A stretch of 54,449 nucleotides of DNA, taken from positions 1 to 54,449 of the forward strand of contig CAWIIV010000021.1 of NCBI GenBank assembly GCA_963836205.1, read 5' to 3'. This stretch comes from an uncultured Acidimicrobiia bacterium. GTDB taxonomy: Bacteria > Actinomycetota > Acidimicrobiia > Acidimicrobiales > AC-14. The translations under genes and the position numbers were made by a program. Within the stretch, counting starts at the first letter, position 1; every line of letters starts with the position of its first letter. The notes below the pieces were generated by a model. It searched no databases. It was given only the letters and a program-made list of their open reading frames with translations, and was not told the DNA's origin. Positions 18,419 to 27,928 of this stretch are shown piece by piece.

Positions 18419-18634
18419 CTACGAGGGGCGGGCGTAGGACGCCAACCGCTCCAACCGGCCACCACCGGCCACTACCGAAAGCTCCATCCACTGCGTCTTC
18501 ACCCGCGCCGCCCGCGTGATCTTGCGGAACTCGGCCCGAGCCTGTTCCTCGGAGTCGAACACCTGTGTCCGGGGGGAGCCCCGGCCGCCGCACAACAGCA
18601 GGTAACAGGCCTCGCGGTATCCGGTCCCCTCCAT
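18419..18634 (-). CDS. Small hypothetical protein
   Basis: 71-aa ORF with AGAGGAAGG SD, co-oriented downstream of the sigma operon. Confidence 0.45.
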   Translation of the reverse strand: MEGTGYREACYLLLCGGRGSPRTQVFDSEEQARAEFRKITRAARVKTQWMELSVVAGGGRLERLASYARPS

Positions 18635-18690
18635 GTGCACCCTTCCTCTCGCTCGCCTATTGAGAGCCGGAAGAGGGGCGCTTGATACGT

Positions 18691-19203
18691 CTAGGCGAGG
18701 AACCAGTCGGTGTCGACGTCGCCGGCAGCGGTGCGGCAGCGCAGGCTCACCGGGCCTGGCTCCAGGCCGGTCGCGGTGAATCGCCCCATCTCGTCGGCGT
18801 CGACGGTGGTGGCGCCGCGCCTGTCGCGGATCTCGATCCGTGCCGGCTGGGCCGGGACCAGCTGGCCCAGTAGGCGCAGCCCGTCCGGACCGGCGGCCGT
18901 CTCCAACTCCACCGTCAGGCTGGACGCCTCGAACGTGAGCAGCTCCGGCGTTCCGACGCCCCGGACTGAAGCCATGCGGTCGGCGTCGAGCACAGAGTCG
19001 CTGGTGAGCTGGGCCAGCTCGGCGTCGATCGTGCGCCAGATGAAGCCCGCTCGGGCCGCGGCCGCCATCTCCGGCGGTATCGGGTCGACCCTGCCCACGA
19101 CGGCACGCAGCTCATGGAGGAGCGCGTCGCCACCGCTGGCGTCGCGGTCGGCGTCGAGGTCGCCATGGTCGCCGGTGTCGTTGTGCCGGTTTTCGTTGGT
19201 CAT
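18691..19203 (-). CDS. Sigma-associated hypothetical protein with a C-terminal beta-sandwich (candidate anti-sigma)
   Basis: DPIPPEMAAAARAGF, LAQLTSDS, LLGQLVP, DEMGRF; directly downstream of the ECF sigma. Confidence 0.75.
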   Translation of the reverse strand: MTNENRHNDTGDHGDLDADRDASGGDALLHELRAVVGRVDPIPPEMAAAARAGFIWRTIDAELAQLTSDSVLDADRMASVRGVGTPELLTFEASSLTVELETAAGPDGLRLLGQLVPAQPARIEIRDRRGATTVDADEMGRFTATGLEPGPVSLRCRTAAGDVDTDWFLA

Positions 19204-19216
19204 AGTCGCATTCCCC

Positions 19217-19915
19217 CTACGGAGGAGAACCCTCAGGGCCCTCCGTGATACGCGAGAAATACCCTCGGAGACGATCGAGGCAACGGCTGCGGGTGGGGCC
19301 GATGCTACCGATCGGCATGTCGAGGACCGCGGCCACCTCTCGGTAGCTGGGGGCGGGGTCGGCGATGAGGAGCCGAAGCAACCGCTGGCAGGGGCCGGAC
19401 AGCATGCCCATCGCCTGCCACAGGGCCCGGTCACGCTCGGTGGTGAGGACCCCGGTGTCGACGGTGGGCCCGTCGTCGACCAGGGCTTCCTCCCAATCGT
19501 CGTCGCCCGGCGCCTGGCGCCCGGCCTTGCGCAGGATGCGCAGAGACTCGTTGGTCGCGGTGGTGACGAGCCAGGCACCCACCCGTTCCGGGTCACGGAT
19601 ATGGTCGAGGTTCGCCACCAGCCGCATGAACGTGACCTGGAAGACATCGGCGACGTCGTCCTGGTTGAGCCGGAAGGACCGGGGCACCGCCCGCACCCGG
19701 CTGCCGAAGCGCTCGACGAGGGCGTCCCACGCGGCTGAGTCCCCCGCCCTCGCTGCCAACACCAGTTCCGTGTTCGAACGGCCCGACGGTGTCGACACCG
19801 CGACATCGTAGGAGGGTTCCCCCCGGCGACCGGCGGACACAGTCAGACGACGCTCACCACCGTTCCCAGGTCCGAGGGCAGCGCAACGACGGTTTGTCGC
19901 CGTCTCGTCGCTCAC
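19217..19915 (-). CDS. ECF-type sigma-70 factor (start uncertain)
   Basis: GDSAAWDALVERF, DVADVFQ, GAWL (region 2); SYREVAAVLDMPIGSIGPTRSRCL (region 4). Confidence 0.92.
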   Translation of the reverse strand: MSDETATNRRCAALGPGNGGERRLTVSAGRRGEPSYDVAVSTPSGRSNTELVLAARAGDSAAWDALVERFGSRVRAVPRSFRLNQDDVADVFQVTFMRLVANLDHIRDPERVGAWLVTTATNESLRILRKAGRQAPGDDDWEEALVDDGPTVDTGVLTTERDRALWQAMGMLSGPCQRLLRLLIADPAPSYREVAAVLDMPIGSIGPTRSRCLDRLRGYFSRITEGPEGSPP

Positions 19916-19972
19916 CTTCGACCGGAGTCATTCGCCGACCGCCGTGATACATGTTCTCTAACATCTCGGCGC

Positions 19973-22606
19973 GTGCGGCCGCCCGAGATCCTCCAAGAGC
20001 TGGACGACCTGGCCGAGCGCCGCCATCGCGACCCGCCCAGCGTGCTCGCCCGGGCCACCGAGCTGCTGGCCACGTCGGACGACCCGCAGGTCGCGGCCGC
20101 CGCCCACCGGGTCATCGGACTCGCCTTCCACGAGCTCGACCAGCCCCTCGATGCGGTCTCCAGCTTCGCACGGTCGGTGGCGCTCAGCGTCGAGGGTGGG
20201 TTCGCCGACCGGGAGGGCCTGGCCCGGGCGAGCATGGCCATCTCCCTGCTCACGGTGGGCGATACCGAGGGTGCGGAGCGGGAGATGGGGCTGGCCTCGT
20301 CGGTCGCGCCGCCGTCGGTGCGGGGGGTGGTGGAGCTGCTGCGGGGGGTGATGGCGGTGCGCACCGGCCACCTCGAGCGGGGGATGGACGCCTACCGGCG
20401 GGCGTTGCGCTGGCTGGAGGAGACCGGCGACGAGTGCTCGATCGCCCGGGCGCTGCTGTGTCGGGGCGTGGTCCACAGCTGGCAGGGCCACCTCGAGCTG
20501 TCGCTCCACGACTTCGCCGAGGCCGAGCGCATCTCGGTCGAGCGCGACCTGCCCGTCCTGGGTGCCATGTCGGCCCACAACACCGGGGTCGCCTACTGCC
20601 GGCGGGGGAACCTCCCCGACGCGCTGGCCGCCTTCGACCGGGCCCAGCGGGCCTACGAGGCCCTGCACAAGCCGGGCCGGCTCACGGCGGTGCTGGAGGC
20701 CGACCGCAGCGAGGCGCTGATGGTGGCGGGACTGGTGACCGAGGCCCGGGCGTCGGCCGCAGCCGCGGTGGCGACGCTGGAACCCCTCGGCGACCTGCTC
20801 CACCTGGTCGAGGCGCGGATGCTCCTCGCCCGCGCCCTCCTGGCCGGTGGCGCCTACGAGGACGCGGCCGCCGAATCGGCCCGGGCCGCGCGCGAAGCAG
20901 GGGGCGCGCCTCCCCTGGCGGCCCAGGCCCGGTATGTCGAGGTCCAGGCCGAGGTGCTGGCGTTCCAGAATCTGGCCCAGCCGTCACCCGATCTGCTCCG
21001 CCGCACCCGGCGCATCGCATTGGAGCTGGAAGCGCAGGGCTGGCCGGTGGAGGCCCTCCACGTGCGGACGTTCGTCGGCCGGATCGCGCTCGCCCTCGGA
21101 CAGCCGGCGGTGGCCCGGGCCGAGCTGGCCCACGCCGCCGGCGCCCGGACCCGGGGTACTGCCGACCTGCGGGCTCGAGCCTGGCACGCCACCGCCCTCC
21201 TGCGACTGGCCGAGGGTGACCGGCCGGGGGCCAAGCGGGCCCTGTCCCGGGGCATCGCCGTGGTCGACGAGTACCGGGCCACCCTGGGGGCGACCGAGCT
21301 GCGGGCCCACGCGTCAGGCCACGGCATCGACCTGGCCCGCCTCGGCGTCCGCCTGGCCCTGGAGGACGGGCGGCCGGCGGCGGTGATGCGGTGGGCGGAG
21401 CGGGCCCGGGCGGGCGCCCTGCGCCGGCCGGCGGTGCGTCCGCCTGACGACGAGCAGCTGGCCGCCGACCTGGCCGAGCTGCGGCGGGTCCGCACCGAGG
21501 CGCGGGAGGCGGCCATCCAGGGCACCCAGTCCCGCGCCCTCCAGGCCCGGGCGGCGGCGGTGGAGAAGTCGGTCCGCAACCGCACCCGGCGCACGGCCGA
21601 CGCCTTGGGCCGGGACTCGTGGGCCGACACCGGCCAGGTCGACCTGGCGTCGTTGCGGGGCGCCCTCGGCGACCGGGTGCTGGTGGAGTACGTGGCCCTC
21701 GACGGCGTTCTCTACGCCGTCACCGTCACCGGTGTCCGGTCCCACCTCCACCGGCTGGGGTTGGTGGCCGACGTCGACCTCGAGCGCCGCTACCTCCAGT
21801 TCGCCCTGCGCCGGCTGCTGTGGCCGCGGTCGCGGGAGGCGGCCGAGGCCGCGGTGGCGACCACCGCGGCCCGGCTCGACCACCTCCTGCTGACCGGTTT
21901 GCGGCTGCCGGCCGGCGTCCCCCTCGTGATCGTCCCCACGGGGGAGCTCCACGGCCTGCCGTGGTCGACGCTGCCCAGCCTGGCCGGTCGGTCGACCACC
22001 ATCGCCCCCAGCACCGCCCTCTGGCTGGGCGGCGACGGCGGTCGACCGTCGTCGGGAGGGCGGGGGCGGGTGGCGCTGGTGGCGGGGCCGCAGCTGCCCG
22101 GCGCCGAGGCCGAGGTGCGGGAGCTGGCCGCCCTCTACCCGGACGCCATGGTCCTGACCGGTGCGCAGGCCACCGCCGGCCGCGTGATGGCGGCGCTGGA
22201 GGAGGCCGACCTGGTCCACATGGCCGCCCATGGGAGCTTCCGGGCCGACAGCCCCCTGTTCTCGTCGGTGCTGCTGGTCGACGGACCTCTCACCGTCTAC
22301 GACCTCGAACGGGTCCGGCGGGCGCCCTCGGTCGTCGTACTGTCGGCCTGCGAGGCGGCGGTGGCCGCGGTCCACGACGGCGACGAACTGCTCGGCACCG
22401 CCGCCGCCCTGCTGGCCGGGGGCGTGCGGTCGGTGGTCGCGCCCCTCATGCCGGTGCCCGACGCCGCCACCACCGCGGTGATGGTGGCCCTCCACCATCG
22501 ATTGCGGGCGGGCGAGCGCCCGGCGGAAGCGCTGGCCCACGCCGGCGAGGGCCAGGACCGGGCCGCGGCCGCCGCCTTCGTCTGCATCGGCCGCGACGAC
22601 GCCTGA
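19973..22606 (+). CDS. TPR-CHAT (caspase-like) protease
   Basis: N-terminal TPRs; IVPTGELHGLPW, HMAAHG (His), LSACE (Cys). Confidence 0.9.
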   Translation: MRPPEILQELDDLAERRHRDPPSVLARATELLATSDDPQVAAAAHRVIGLAFHELDQPLDAVSSFARSVALSVEGGFADREGLARASMAISLLTVGDTEGAEREMGLASSVAPPSVRGVVELLRGVMAVRTGHLERGMDAYRRALRWLEETGDECSIARALLCRGVVHSWQGHLELSLHDFAEAERISVERDLPVLGAMSAHNTGVAYCRRGNLPDALAAFDRAQRAYEALHKPGRLTAVLEADRSEALMVAGLVTEARASAAAAVATLEPLGDLLHLVEARMLLARALLAGGAYEDAAAESARAAREAGGAPPLAAQARYVEVQAEVLAFQNLAQPSPDLLRRTRRIALELEAQGWPVEALHVRTFVGRIALALGQPAVARAELAHAAGARTRGTADLRARAWHATALLRLAEGDRPGAKRALSRGIAVVDEYRATLGATELRAHASGHGIDLARLGVRLALEDGRPAAVMRWAERARAGALRRPAVRPPDDEQLAADLAELRRVRTEAREAAIQGTQSRALQARAAAVEKSVRNRTRRTADALGRDSWADTGQVDLASLRGALGDRVLVEYVALDGVLYAVTVTGVRSHLHRLGLVADVDLERRYLQFALRRLLWPRSREAAEAAVATTAARLDHLLLTGLRLPAGVPLVIVPTGELHGLPWSTLPSLAGRSTTIAPSTALWLGGDGGRPSSGGRGRVALVAGPQLPGAEAEVRELAALYPDAMVLTGAQATAGRVMAALEEADLVHMAAHGSFRADSPLFSSVLLVDGPLTVYDLERVRRAPSVVVLSACEAAVAAVHDGDELLGTAAALLAGGVRSVVAPLMPVPDAATTAVMVALHHRLRAGERPAEALAHAGEGQDRAAAAAFVCIGRDDA

Positions 22607-22624
22607 CCGTCGCTGGCCCGGTCT

Positions 22625-23077
22625 CTAGGCCAGGACGCGGAGGAGGCGGGTGGCGGCGGCGGGGGCGCCCCTGCGGGTGGCGACGTCGACCGCGACCGAG
22701 AACAGGCGCTCGGCCAGGTCGGGGTCGGTCCAGCAGTGCTCGGCCGCGAAGTCGAGCCAGTCACCCGGTGGGAGGACGGCCTCGCCGCTGTAGTCGAGCT
22801 CCTGCCACGTGGTGGCCAGCTCGAACAGCTCCAGGGCCGCGGTGACGTCGGTGTCGACCCGGGCGAGGAGGTCGTGGTGAGAGGGCGCTTCCCGGGAGAA
22901 GCGGCAGTGACACGCTGGCACCCCCGCGTCTGGCACCCCCGCGTCTGGCACCCCCGCGTCTGGCACCCCCGCGTCTGGCACCGGCCGCCGCGGGCAAATG
23001 GTCTTCGGCACGGCACGCCTCCAGCTCGTACGTGTGTCCGGGCAGCATGCGCCCGGGTGCTTGCACCAGCATTGCAC
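22625..23077 (-). CDS. Hypothetical protein; the 3' ~90 codons look coding, start uncertain
   Basis: LELFELATTWQELDYS...DWLDFAAEHCW segment with GC3 bias; the 5' part is repeat-derived. Confidence 0.5.
   Translation of the reverse strand: MQCWCKHPGACCPDTRTSWRRAVPKTICPRRPVPDAGVPDAGVPDAGVPDAGVPACHCRFSREAPSHHDLLARVDTDVTAALELFELATTWQELDYSGEAVLPPGDWLDFAAEHCWTDPDLAERLFSVAVDVATRRGAPAAATRLLRVLA
22915..22982. repeat. 15-bp tandem repeat x4.5 (CTGGCACCCCCGCGT)
   Basis: Read directly. Confidence 0.95.
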
Positions 23078-23118
23078 GGCCGTGCAACGGCGGGGGCCTC
23101 GTCGTGGGGCCGTGCAAC
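23072..23118. promoter_or_regulatory. Perfect 16-bp palindrome TTGCACGGCCGTGCAA plus a repeated half-site
   Basis: Palindrome at 23072-23087; GGCCGTGCAAC occurs at 23078 and 23108; TTGCAC at 23061. Confidence 0.5.
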
Positions 23119-23125
23119 AATCCGG

Positions 23126-23980
23126 TCAGGCGGGTGAAACGCGGGCGACCTCGACACCCGATCCCGGGCCCAGCCCGGTGGCCAGACCCAGGTGCAGGCC
23201 GTAGGCCAGGTCGGCACCCGACGAGTGGCCCAGCTCGCCGAGGACGGCCAGGTGGACGGCCGCCGCGGGCCCGTCGCCCGCGGCCAGGGCGGCCAGCAGG
23301 TCGTGCACCGGCTCGACGCTCTGGCCCCGGGCGGCCCAGTGGAGGAACGCCCGGGCCACCGACGTGGTGCGCACACCGTCGGCCACCGCCACCAGCCCGT
23401 CCTCCGCCGCGTCGCCGGCGAGGACCCGGGAGACGAGGAGGATCCCGGCCAGGGTGTCGTCGCCCGCGGGGGTGAGGCCCGGCCCCAGTCCGCCGATGGC
23501 CCGGGCCACGCCGGCCAGGTCGCCGTGGTCGAGACGGCGGAGGGCCACGCCGAGGCAGTCGGCGAACAGGGGTCCGGCGAGGGCGGTGGGCGGGGCGCCG
23601 GCGAAGAGGTCGGCGAACCCGGCGCCGCGGTCGTCCGCCGCCGCCAACGCCAACGCCGCCGTCAGCCGGGCCGGGTCAGGAAGCGGTCCCCGCCAGACCC
23701 GGGCTGTCGAGAGGTCGACCGACGTCGCACCAACGCGCAGCTCGCACCCGCCGACCACGTCGACCCGGTCACCGGGCGCCAGCCGGTCGGGCCGCACGAG
23801 GGAGCGGGTGTACAGGGGGCCCCGCCACACGTCGTCTGTGGTCAGGGCGACCAGGCCCGCCGGCAGGCGCACGTACGCCGCCCGCCGGTAGACGGCCACC
23901 ACCTGCCCCCGGCCGTCGAACGCGAGCGCCTCCCGGGCGCCTTCTCCGAGCTCGATCCTGCCCCCGGTGAAGTCGGTCAC
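23126..23980 (-). CDS. ylbF: DUF2877 / YlbF (AllH)-like protein
   Basis: GLGPGLTPAGDDTLAG, TTSVA, GHSSGADL; GTGA-coupled to ylbE. Confidence 0.85.
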   Translation of the reverse strand: MTDFTGGRIELGEGAREALAFDGRGQVVAVYRRAAYVRLPAGLVALTTDDVWRGPLYTRSLVRPDRLAPGDRVDVVGGCELRVGATSVDLSTARVWRGPLPDPARLTAALALAAADDRGAGFADLFAGAPPTALAGPLFADCLGVALRRLDHGDLAGVARAIGGLGPGLTPAGDDTLAGILLVSRVLAGDAAEDGLVAVADGVRTTSVARAFLHWAARGQSVEPVHDLLAALAAGDGPAAAVHLAVLGELGHSSGADLAYGLHLGLATGLGPGSGVEVARVSPA

Positions 23981-25383
23981 CCCAGCCGGCGGTCGAGGTC
24001 GAGCAGGGCGTCGCGGAAGCAGGCCAGGGGGCCGTGGGCGACGCCGGCCCCGATCTGCCCGCCCTCGAGGGCGTGGAGGATCCCCGTGGTCACCTTCGGA
24101 GTGATGCCCAGCTCCACCACCTTGCGCACGTCGACGCCGACCGGGGTTCCCCGGAAGTCGAGGATGGGCAGCTTGAACCGGCTGCTGCGCCCGGCACACA
24201 CCCGGTCCATGTCCTCGGTGGTGGCGGCGGCGTCGGCCATCGTCCCCCCCACGAAGGCGGCCACCGCCGGCGAGCCCGCCGCCGCGCAGCCCCCCAGCCC
24301 GACGAGCTCCAACACGGCCGAATCGCCGATGTCGGGGGCGGCGTCGTCGGGACCGCGGCCGGGGTGGAACAGCGCGTCGCTGACGGGTGGCGAGTCGGTG
24401 ACGAACCACTCGTCCGAGCCGGGCAGGCGCACGCCGTAGGTCGTCCCGTTGCGGGCCATGGTGGTGACCACGCTCGCCCCGTCCACCTGCTCGGCCCACA
24501 GGGTGAGCGACTTGGCCGCGGCCATGCCCAGGTTGAGGAAGAACAGGTGGTTGCCGGCCAGGAAGCGCCCCAGCTCGACCCGACCGCCTTCATTCCCCTT
24601 TGGCGATTCGAGGGCCATGAGCGACGGGAGGAGCGTGCGCAGGAGGAGGTTGGTGGCGCCCTGGGTGCGCATGTGGAGGTCGTCGCCCATCTGCAGGCCC
24701 TGGGCCGCCAGCGAGAAGAGGTCGATCGGGCCAGACCTCCGCAGGCAGTCGGCGAGGAGGGGACCGGCCACGTCGCGGAGGAAGACGAGGCGGTCGACGG
24801 CGGCCGGCGTGTCCCGCCCGAACCAGGCCACCTCCCCTGGGCCCTGGTTGATGGGAGAGAAAGCCCGGGTGCCGCCCGCCTCCATCTCCACCACGAACAC
24901 AGGGGCCGACGGGCCGATGGCGGTGGCCATGGGCACCACCGTGGCGAGGTGGTTGGCCGGCTCCAGGTCGATGTGGCCGTCGGCCCCGTCGTCGTCGGTC
25001 CCGTCGTCGTCGGTCCAGCCCTCGGCCGTCACCGCCGCCCGCACCGAGTTGCGGAGGGGCTCGCCCATGTCGTCCCAGGCGATGGCCGGCCCGCAGTGGA
25101 GGATGGTGTGCTCGCCCATCTCGGGGACGACGTCGCCCGCCCGGGCGATCCCCACCAGCATGGGGACGCCCGTGTCGAGCCGGCGCACGACCTCGGCGTT
25201 GGCCTCGTCGATGGTGGCCGCGTGGCGCCCGTACAACCGGGTCAGCGCCGCCACCAGTTCGAGGTCGCCGCCGGCGGGGATGCGCCAGTCGACGTGGGTG
25301 ACGGGTCGACCCTGGTCGCGGATGGCGTCGGCGAACAGGGGAAGGCCCAGGTTGACGACGGACACCTCGGTGGGGAGCTTCAC
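23977..25383 (-). CDS. ylbE: DUF1116 / YlbE (AllG)-like protein with an N-terminal FdrA-associated small domain
   Basis: VDWRIPAGGD, ILHCGP, MGDDLHMR, FFLNL.MAA.K, MARNG, PDIGDSA, GQIGAG. Confidence 0.88.
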   Translation of the reverse strand: MKLPTEVSVVNLGLPLFADAIRDQGRPVTHVDWRIPAGGDLELVAALTRLYGRHAATIDEANAEVVRRLDTGVPMLVGIARAGDVVPEMGEHTILHCGPAIAWDDMGEPLRNSVRAAVTAEGWTDDDGTDDDGADGHIDLEPANHLATVVPMATAIGPSAPVFVVEMEAGGTRAFSPINQGPGEVAWFGRDTPAAVDRLVFLRDVAGPLLADCLRRSGPIDLFSLAAQGLQMGDDLHMRTQGATNLLLRTLLPSLMALESPKGNEGGRVELGRFLAGNHLFFLNLGMAAAKSLTLWAEQVDGASVVTTMARNGTTYGVRLPGSDEWFVTDSPPVSDALFHPGRGPDDAAPDIGDSAVLELVGLGGCAAAGSPAVAAFVGGTMADAAATTEDMDRVCAGRSSRFKLPILDFRGTPVGVDVRKVVELGITPKVTTGILHALEGGQIGAGVAHGPLACFRDALLDLDRRLG

Positions 25384-26849
25384 GACGCCTCCACTGCCAG
25401 CTTGAGCAGGGCCGCCTCGGCGCAGTCGAACGACGCCCGCCAGCGGTCGGCCTCGGAGTGGAGCCCGGCGGCCGCCGCCCGGCACGACTCGACCATGGCC
25501 GCCACCGCGTCGGGGGCGGCGCCTCCCTGCGCCGAGCGGGTGGACACGATCAGGCGGGGGTCGAGCACGGCCGACAGGTCGTGGCCGGCCAGTCCCAACG
25601 GCCGGCCCTGGTGCTCGATCGACGCGTTGTCGAGCATCTCCCCGGTGATGTCGACCCCCCGCAGCCCCATGGCCGCCGCCGCCCGCACCGTCGCCCCCAC
25701 GATCAGGTAGGCGGTGCGGTAGTCGATGCGGCAGACCTGGACGATGTGCTCGGCCAGGTCGGTGGCCTGGGTGAACCCGGCGGTGAGGGCGTCGGCCATG
25801 CGGTGGGCGTTCACCCGCAGCGTCCCGACCACCCCGCCCATCAGGCGGGTCACGCGGGAGGCCAGATCCAACGCCCGGGGGACCTCGCCGTAGGCGAAGA
25901 TGAGGTTGTCGCTGCGGGCCGACGGGCTCTTGACCACGGCCAGGAAGCCGGACAGGCGGCCGATGAGGATCCCCGACGCCCCCCGCACGATCGACAGCGA
26001 GTACGGGTTGCGCTTGTTCGGCATGAGGACGCTCGACCGGGTGAAGCCGTCGTCGAGGTCGACGTAGTCGAACTCGTTGCTCGACCAGATCTCCAGGTCC
26101 TCGGCCAGCTTGGACTGGTTCGACAGCATGCTGGCGGTGGTGGCCAGGATGTTGATGAGGCCGTCGACCTGCCACATGGCGTCGCGGGTGTGCTCGATGA
26201 CCCCGCCGAAGCCGAGCAGGTCGGCGATCACGGACCGGTCCTCCAGCAGCCGGCTCCCGTTGACGCAGCCGGCGCCCCCGGGCGACGTGTTCACCCACTC
26301 GATGCAGTCGATGAGCCGGGTCGCGTCGCGCACGGTGGGGTAGGCGAAGGACAGGACGTAGTGGCCGAACGTCGACGGCTGGGCCTGCTGGAGGTAGGTC
26401 TGGTCGGGCATGACCGTGTCGACGTGGGCCGCGGCCTGGGCCACCACGCTGTCGACGAACCCGGCGGCGTCGTCGACCAGGCCCACCAGCTGGCGCCGCA
26501 GGAGCAGGCGCAGGGCCAGGCGGGTGGCCTCCCGCCGGGGCCGACCGGCGTGCAGCCAGCCGGCCACGTCGCCCAGGCGGGACACGAAGTAGCGCTCCCG
26601 GGAGTTGTAGGCCTCCCCGAAGGCCGGGTCGTAGGGGAACTCCTCGGCGGGCATGCCGTGGACCGCCACCAGCAGGTCGAGGAGCTGGCGGGCGGCGTCC
26701 TCGGGCACCACCCGCCGTCCCCGCAGGTCGATCACGTGGGCGATATCGGCCAGGTTGAGGCCCTCGTGGAGGAGGGGGGCGTCGGCGTTCTCCAGGGTGA
26801 AGCCGGACTCCACCAGCTCCCGGGCCGGACCCCCGCCGCTCTCGGTCAT
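25380..26849 (-). CDS. Argininosuccinate lyase-like aspartase/fumarase-superfamily enzyme (Xcb-like)
   Basis: LHAGRPR, TYLQQAQP, SSVLMPNKRNP signature, ATDLAE. Confidence 0.85.
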   Translation of the reverse strand: MTESGGGPARELVESGFTLENADAPLLHEGLNLADIAHVIDLRGRRVVPEDAARQLLDLLVAVHGMPAEEFPYDPAFGEAYNSRERYFVSRLGDVAGWLHAGRPRREATRLALRLLLRRQLVGLVDDAAGFVDSVVAQAAAHVDTVMPDQTYLQQAQPSTFGHYVLSFAYPTVRDATRLIDCIEWVNTSPGGAGCVNGSRLLEDRSVIADLLGFGGVIEHTRDAMWQVDGLINILATTASMLSNQSKLAEDLEIWSSNEFDYVDLDDGFTRSSVLMPNKRNPYSLSIVRGASGILIGRLSGFLAVVKSPSARSDNLIFAYGEVPRALDLASRVTRLMGGVVGTLRVNAHRMADALTAGFTQATDLAEHIVQVCRIDYRTAYLIVGATVRAAAAMGLRGVDITGEMLDNASIEHQGRPLGLAGHDLSAVLDPRLIVSTRSAQGGAAPDAVAAMVESCRAAAAGLHSEADRWRASFDCAEAALLKLAVEAS

Positions 26850-26856
26850 GGTCTGG

Positions 26857-27855
26857 TCATTCCTCGAGTCCTCCCGCCAGGTAGTGGGCCGCTCCCAGCA
26901 GGCCACCCGTGTGCCAGAAAACGACCGGGCGCTTCGACGCCGGGTCGAGCAGCCGAAACAGCACGGCCAGGGCCTTGGCCGTGTACACCGGGTCGAGGAC
27001 CAGGCCCTCGGTGCGCAGGGCGACCCGGGCCGCCGACTCGCCGTCGGACGAGGGAAGCCCGTGGCCCGGCCCCCGGGCGTCGGCCAGCTCGAGACCCCCC
27101 CCGGCCGGGGAGGCGACGCCCAGCAGCGCCGCGCAGTCGGCGGCCAGCATCTGCACCTGGGCCGCGATCTCGGCCGCGGGCCGGCTCACCGATGCCCCCA
27201 CCACCCGCCACGAGCGCCCGCACAGCGACGCCCCCAGGGCCAGTCCCGCCCCCGCCCCGCCCGACCCGGTGGCGATGACCACCAGCTCGGGGTCGATGCC
27301 GGCCTCGTCGAGCTGGGCCGCCAGCTCCTGCACGGCCAGCACCATGCCCACCGTCCCCAGGCCGGTGGCGCCGCCCCGGGGCATGGCGAACGGCTTGCGC
27401 CCGCCCGCCTGGAGGGCGTCGGCCACCTCCTTCACCCGGGTGTCGACCGACGAACGGTCGGAGTCGCGGGTGTAGCGGACGACCGCGCCGCAGGCCTGGG
27501 CCACGGCCAGGTTGGGATGGGTCTTCTCCTGTTCGGCCCCGGCGAGCACCAGGTGGCAGTCCAGGCCGGCGGCCGACGCGGCCGCGGCCGCGGCCGCGCA
27601 GAAGTTGGAGCTCGGCCCCCCGCCCGTCACCATGACGTCGCAGCCCTGGTCGAGGGCGGCCCCCACCAGGAACTCGAGCTGGCGGGCCTTGTGGCCGGCC
27701 AACCCGAACCCGGCCAGGTCGTCGCGCTTGACGAAGATCGGCGGACCCCCGAGGGCGTGGGTCATGCGGGACGCCTCGACCAGGGGGGTGGGCAGTGTCG
27801 CCAGGAGCAATCGGGGCAACCGGGCGGCGGTCGCCAGGGCGGGGCTGTCGGTCAC
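26857..27855 (-). CDS. PLP-dependent D-cysteine desulfhydrase/ACC deaminase-family enzyme (XcbE-like)
   Basis: PTPL, VKRDDL...GHKARQLE (PLP Lys), ATGSGG, LDPVYTAK, FWHTGG. Confidence 0.88.
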   Translation of the reverse strand: MTDSPALATAARLPRLLLATLPTPLVEASRMTHALGGPPIFVKRDDLAGFGLAGHKARQLEFLVGAALDQGCDVMVTGGGPSSNFCAAAAAAASAAGLDCHLVLAGAEQEKTHPNLAVAQACGAVVRYTRDSDRSSVDTRVKEVADALQAGGRKPFAMPRGGATGLGTVGMVLAVQELAAQLDEAGIDPELVVIATGSGGAGAGLALGASLCGRSWRVVGASVSRPAAEIAAQVQMLAADCAALLGVASPAGGGLELADARGPGHGLPSSDGESAARVALRTEGLVLDPVYTAKALAVLFRLLDPASKRPVVFWHTGGLLGAAHYLAGGLEE

Positions 27856-27928
27856 GGCGGGTCTCCGTTCGGACTGGTGAACCCCCGCAGTGTCACCCGT
27901 CCGGAGGGCAAGCGCATGGACCACCGCC

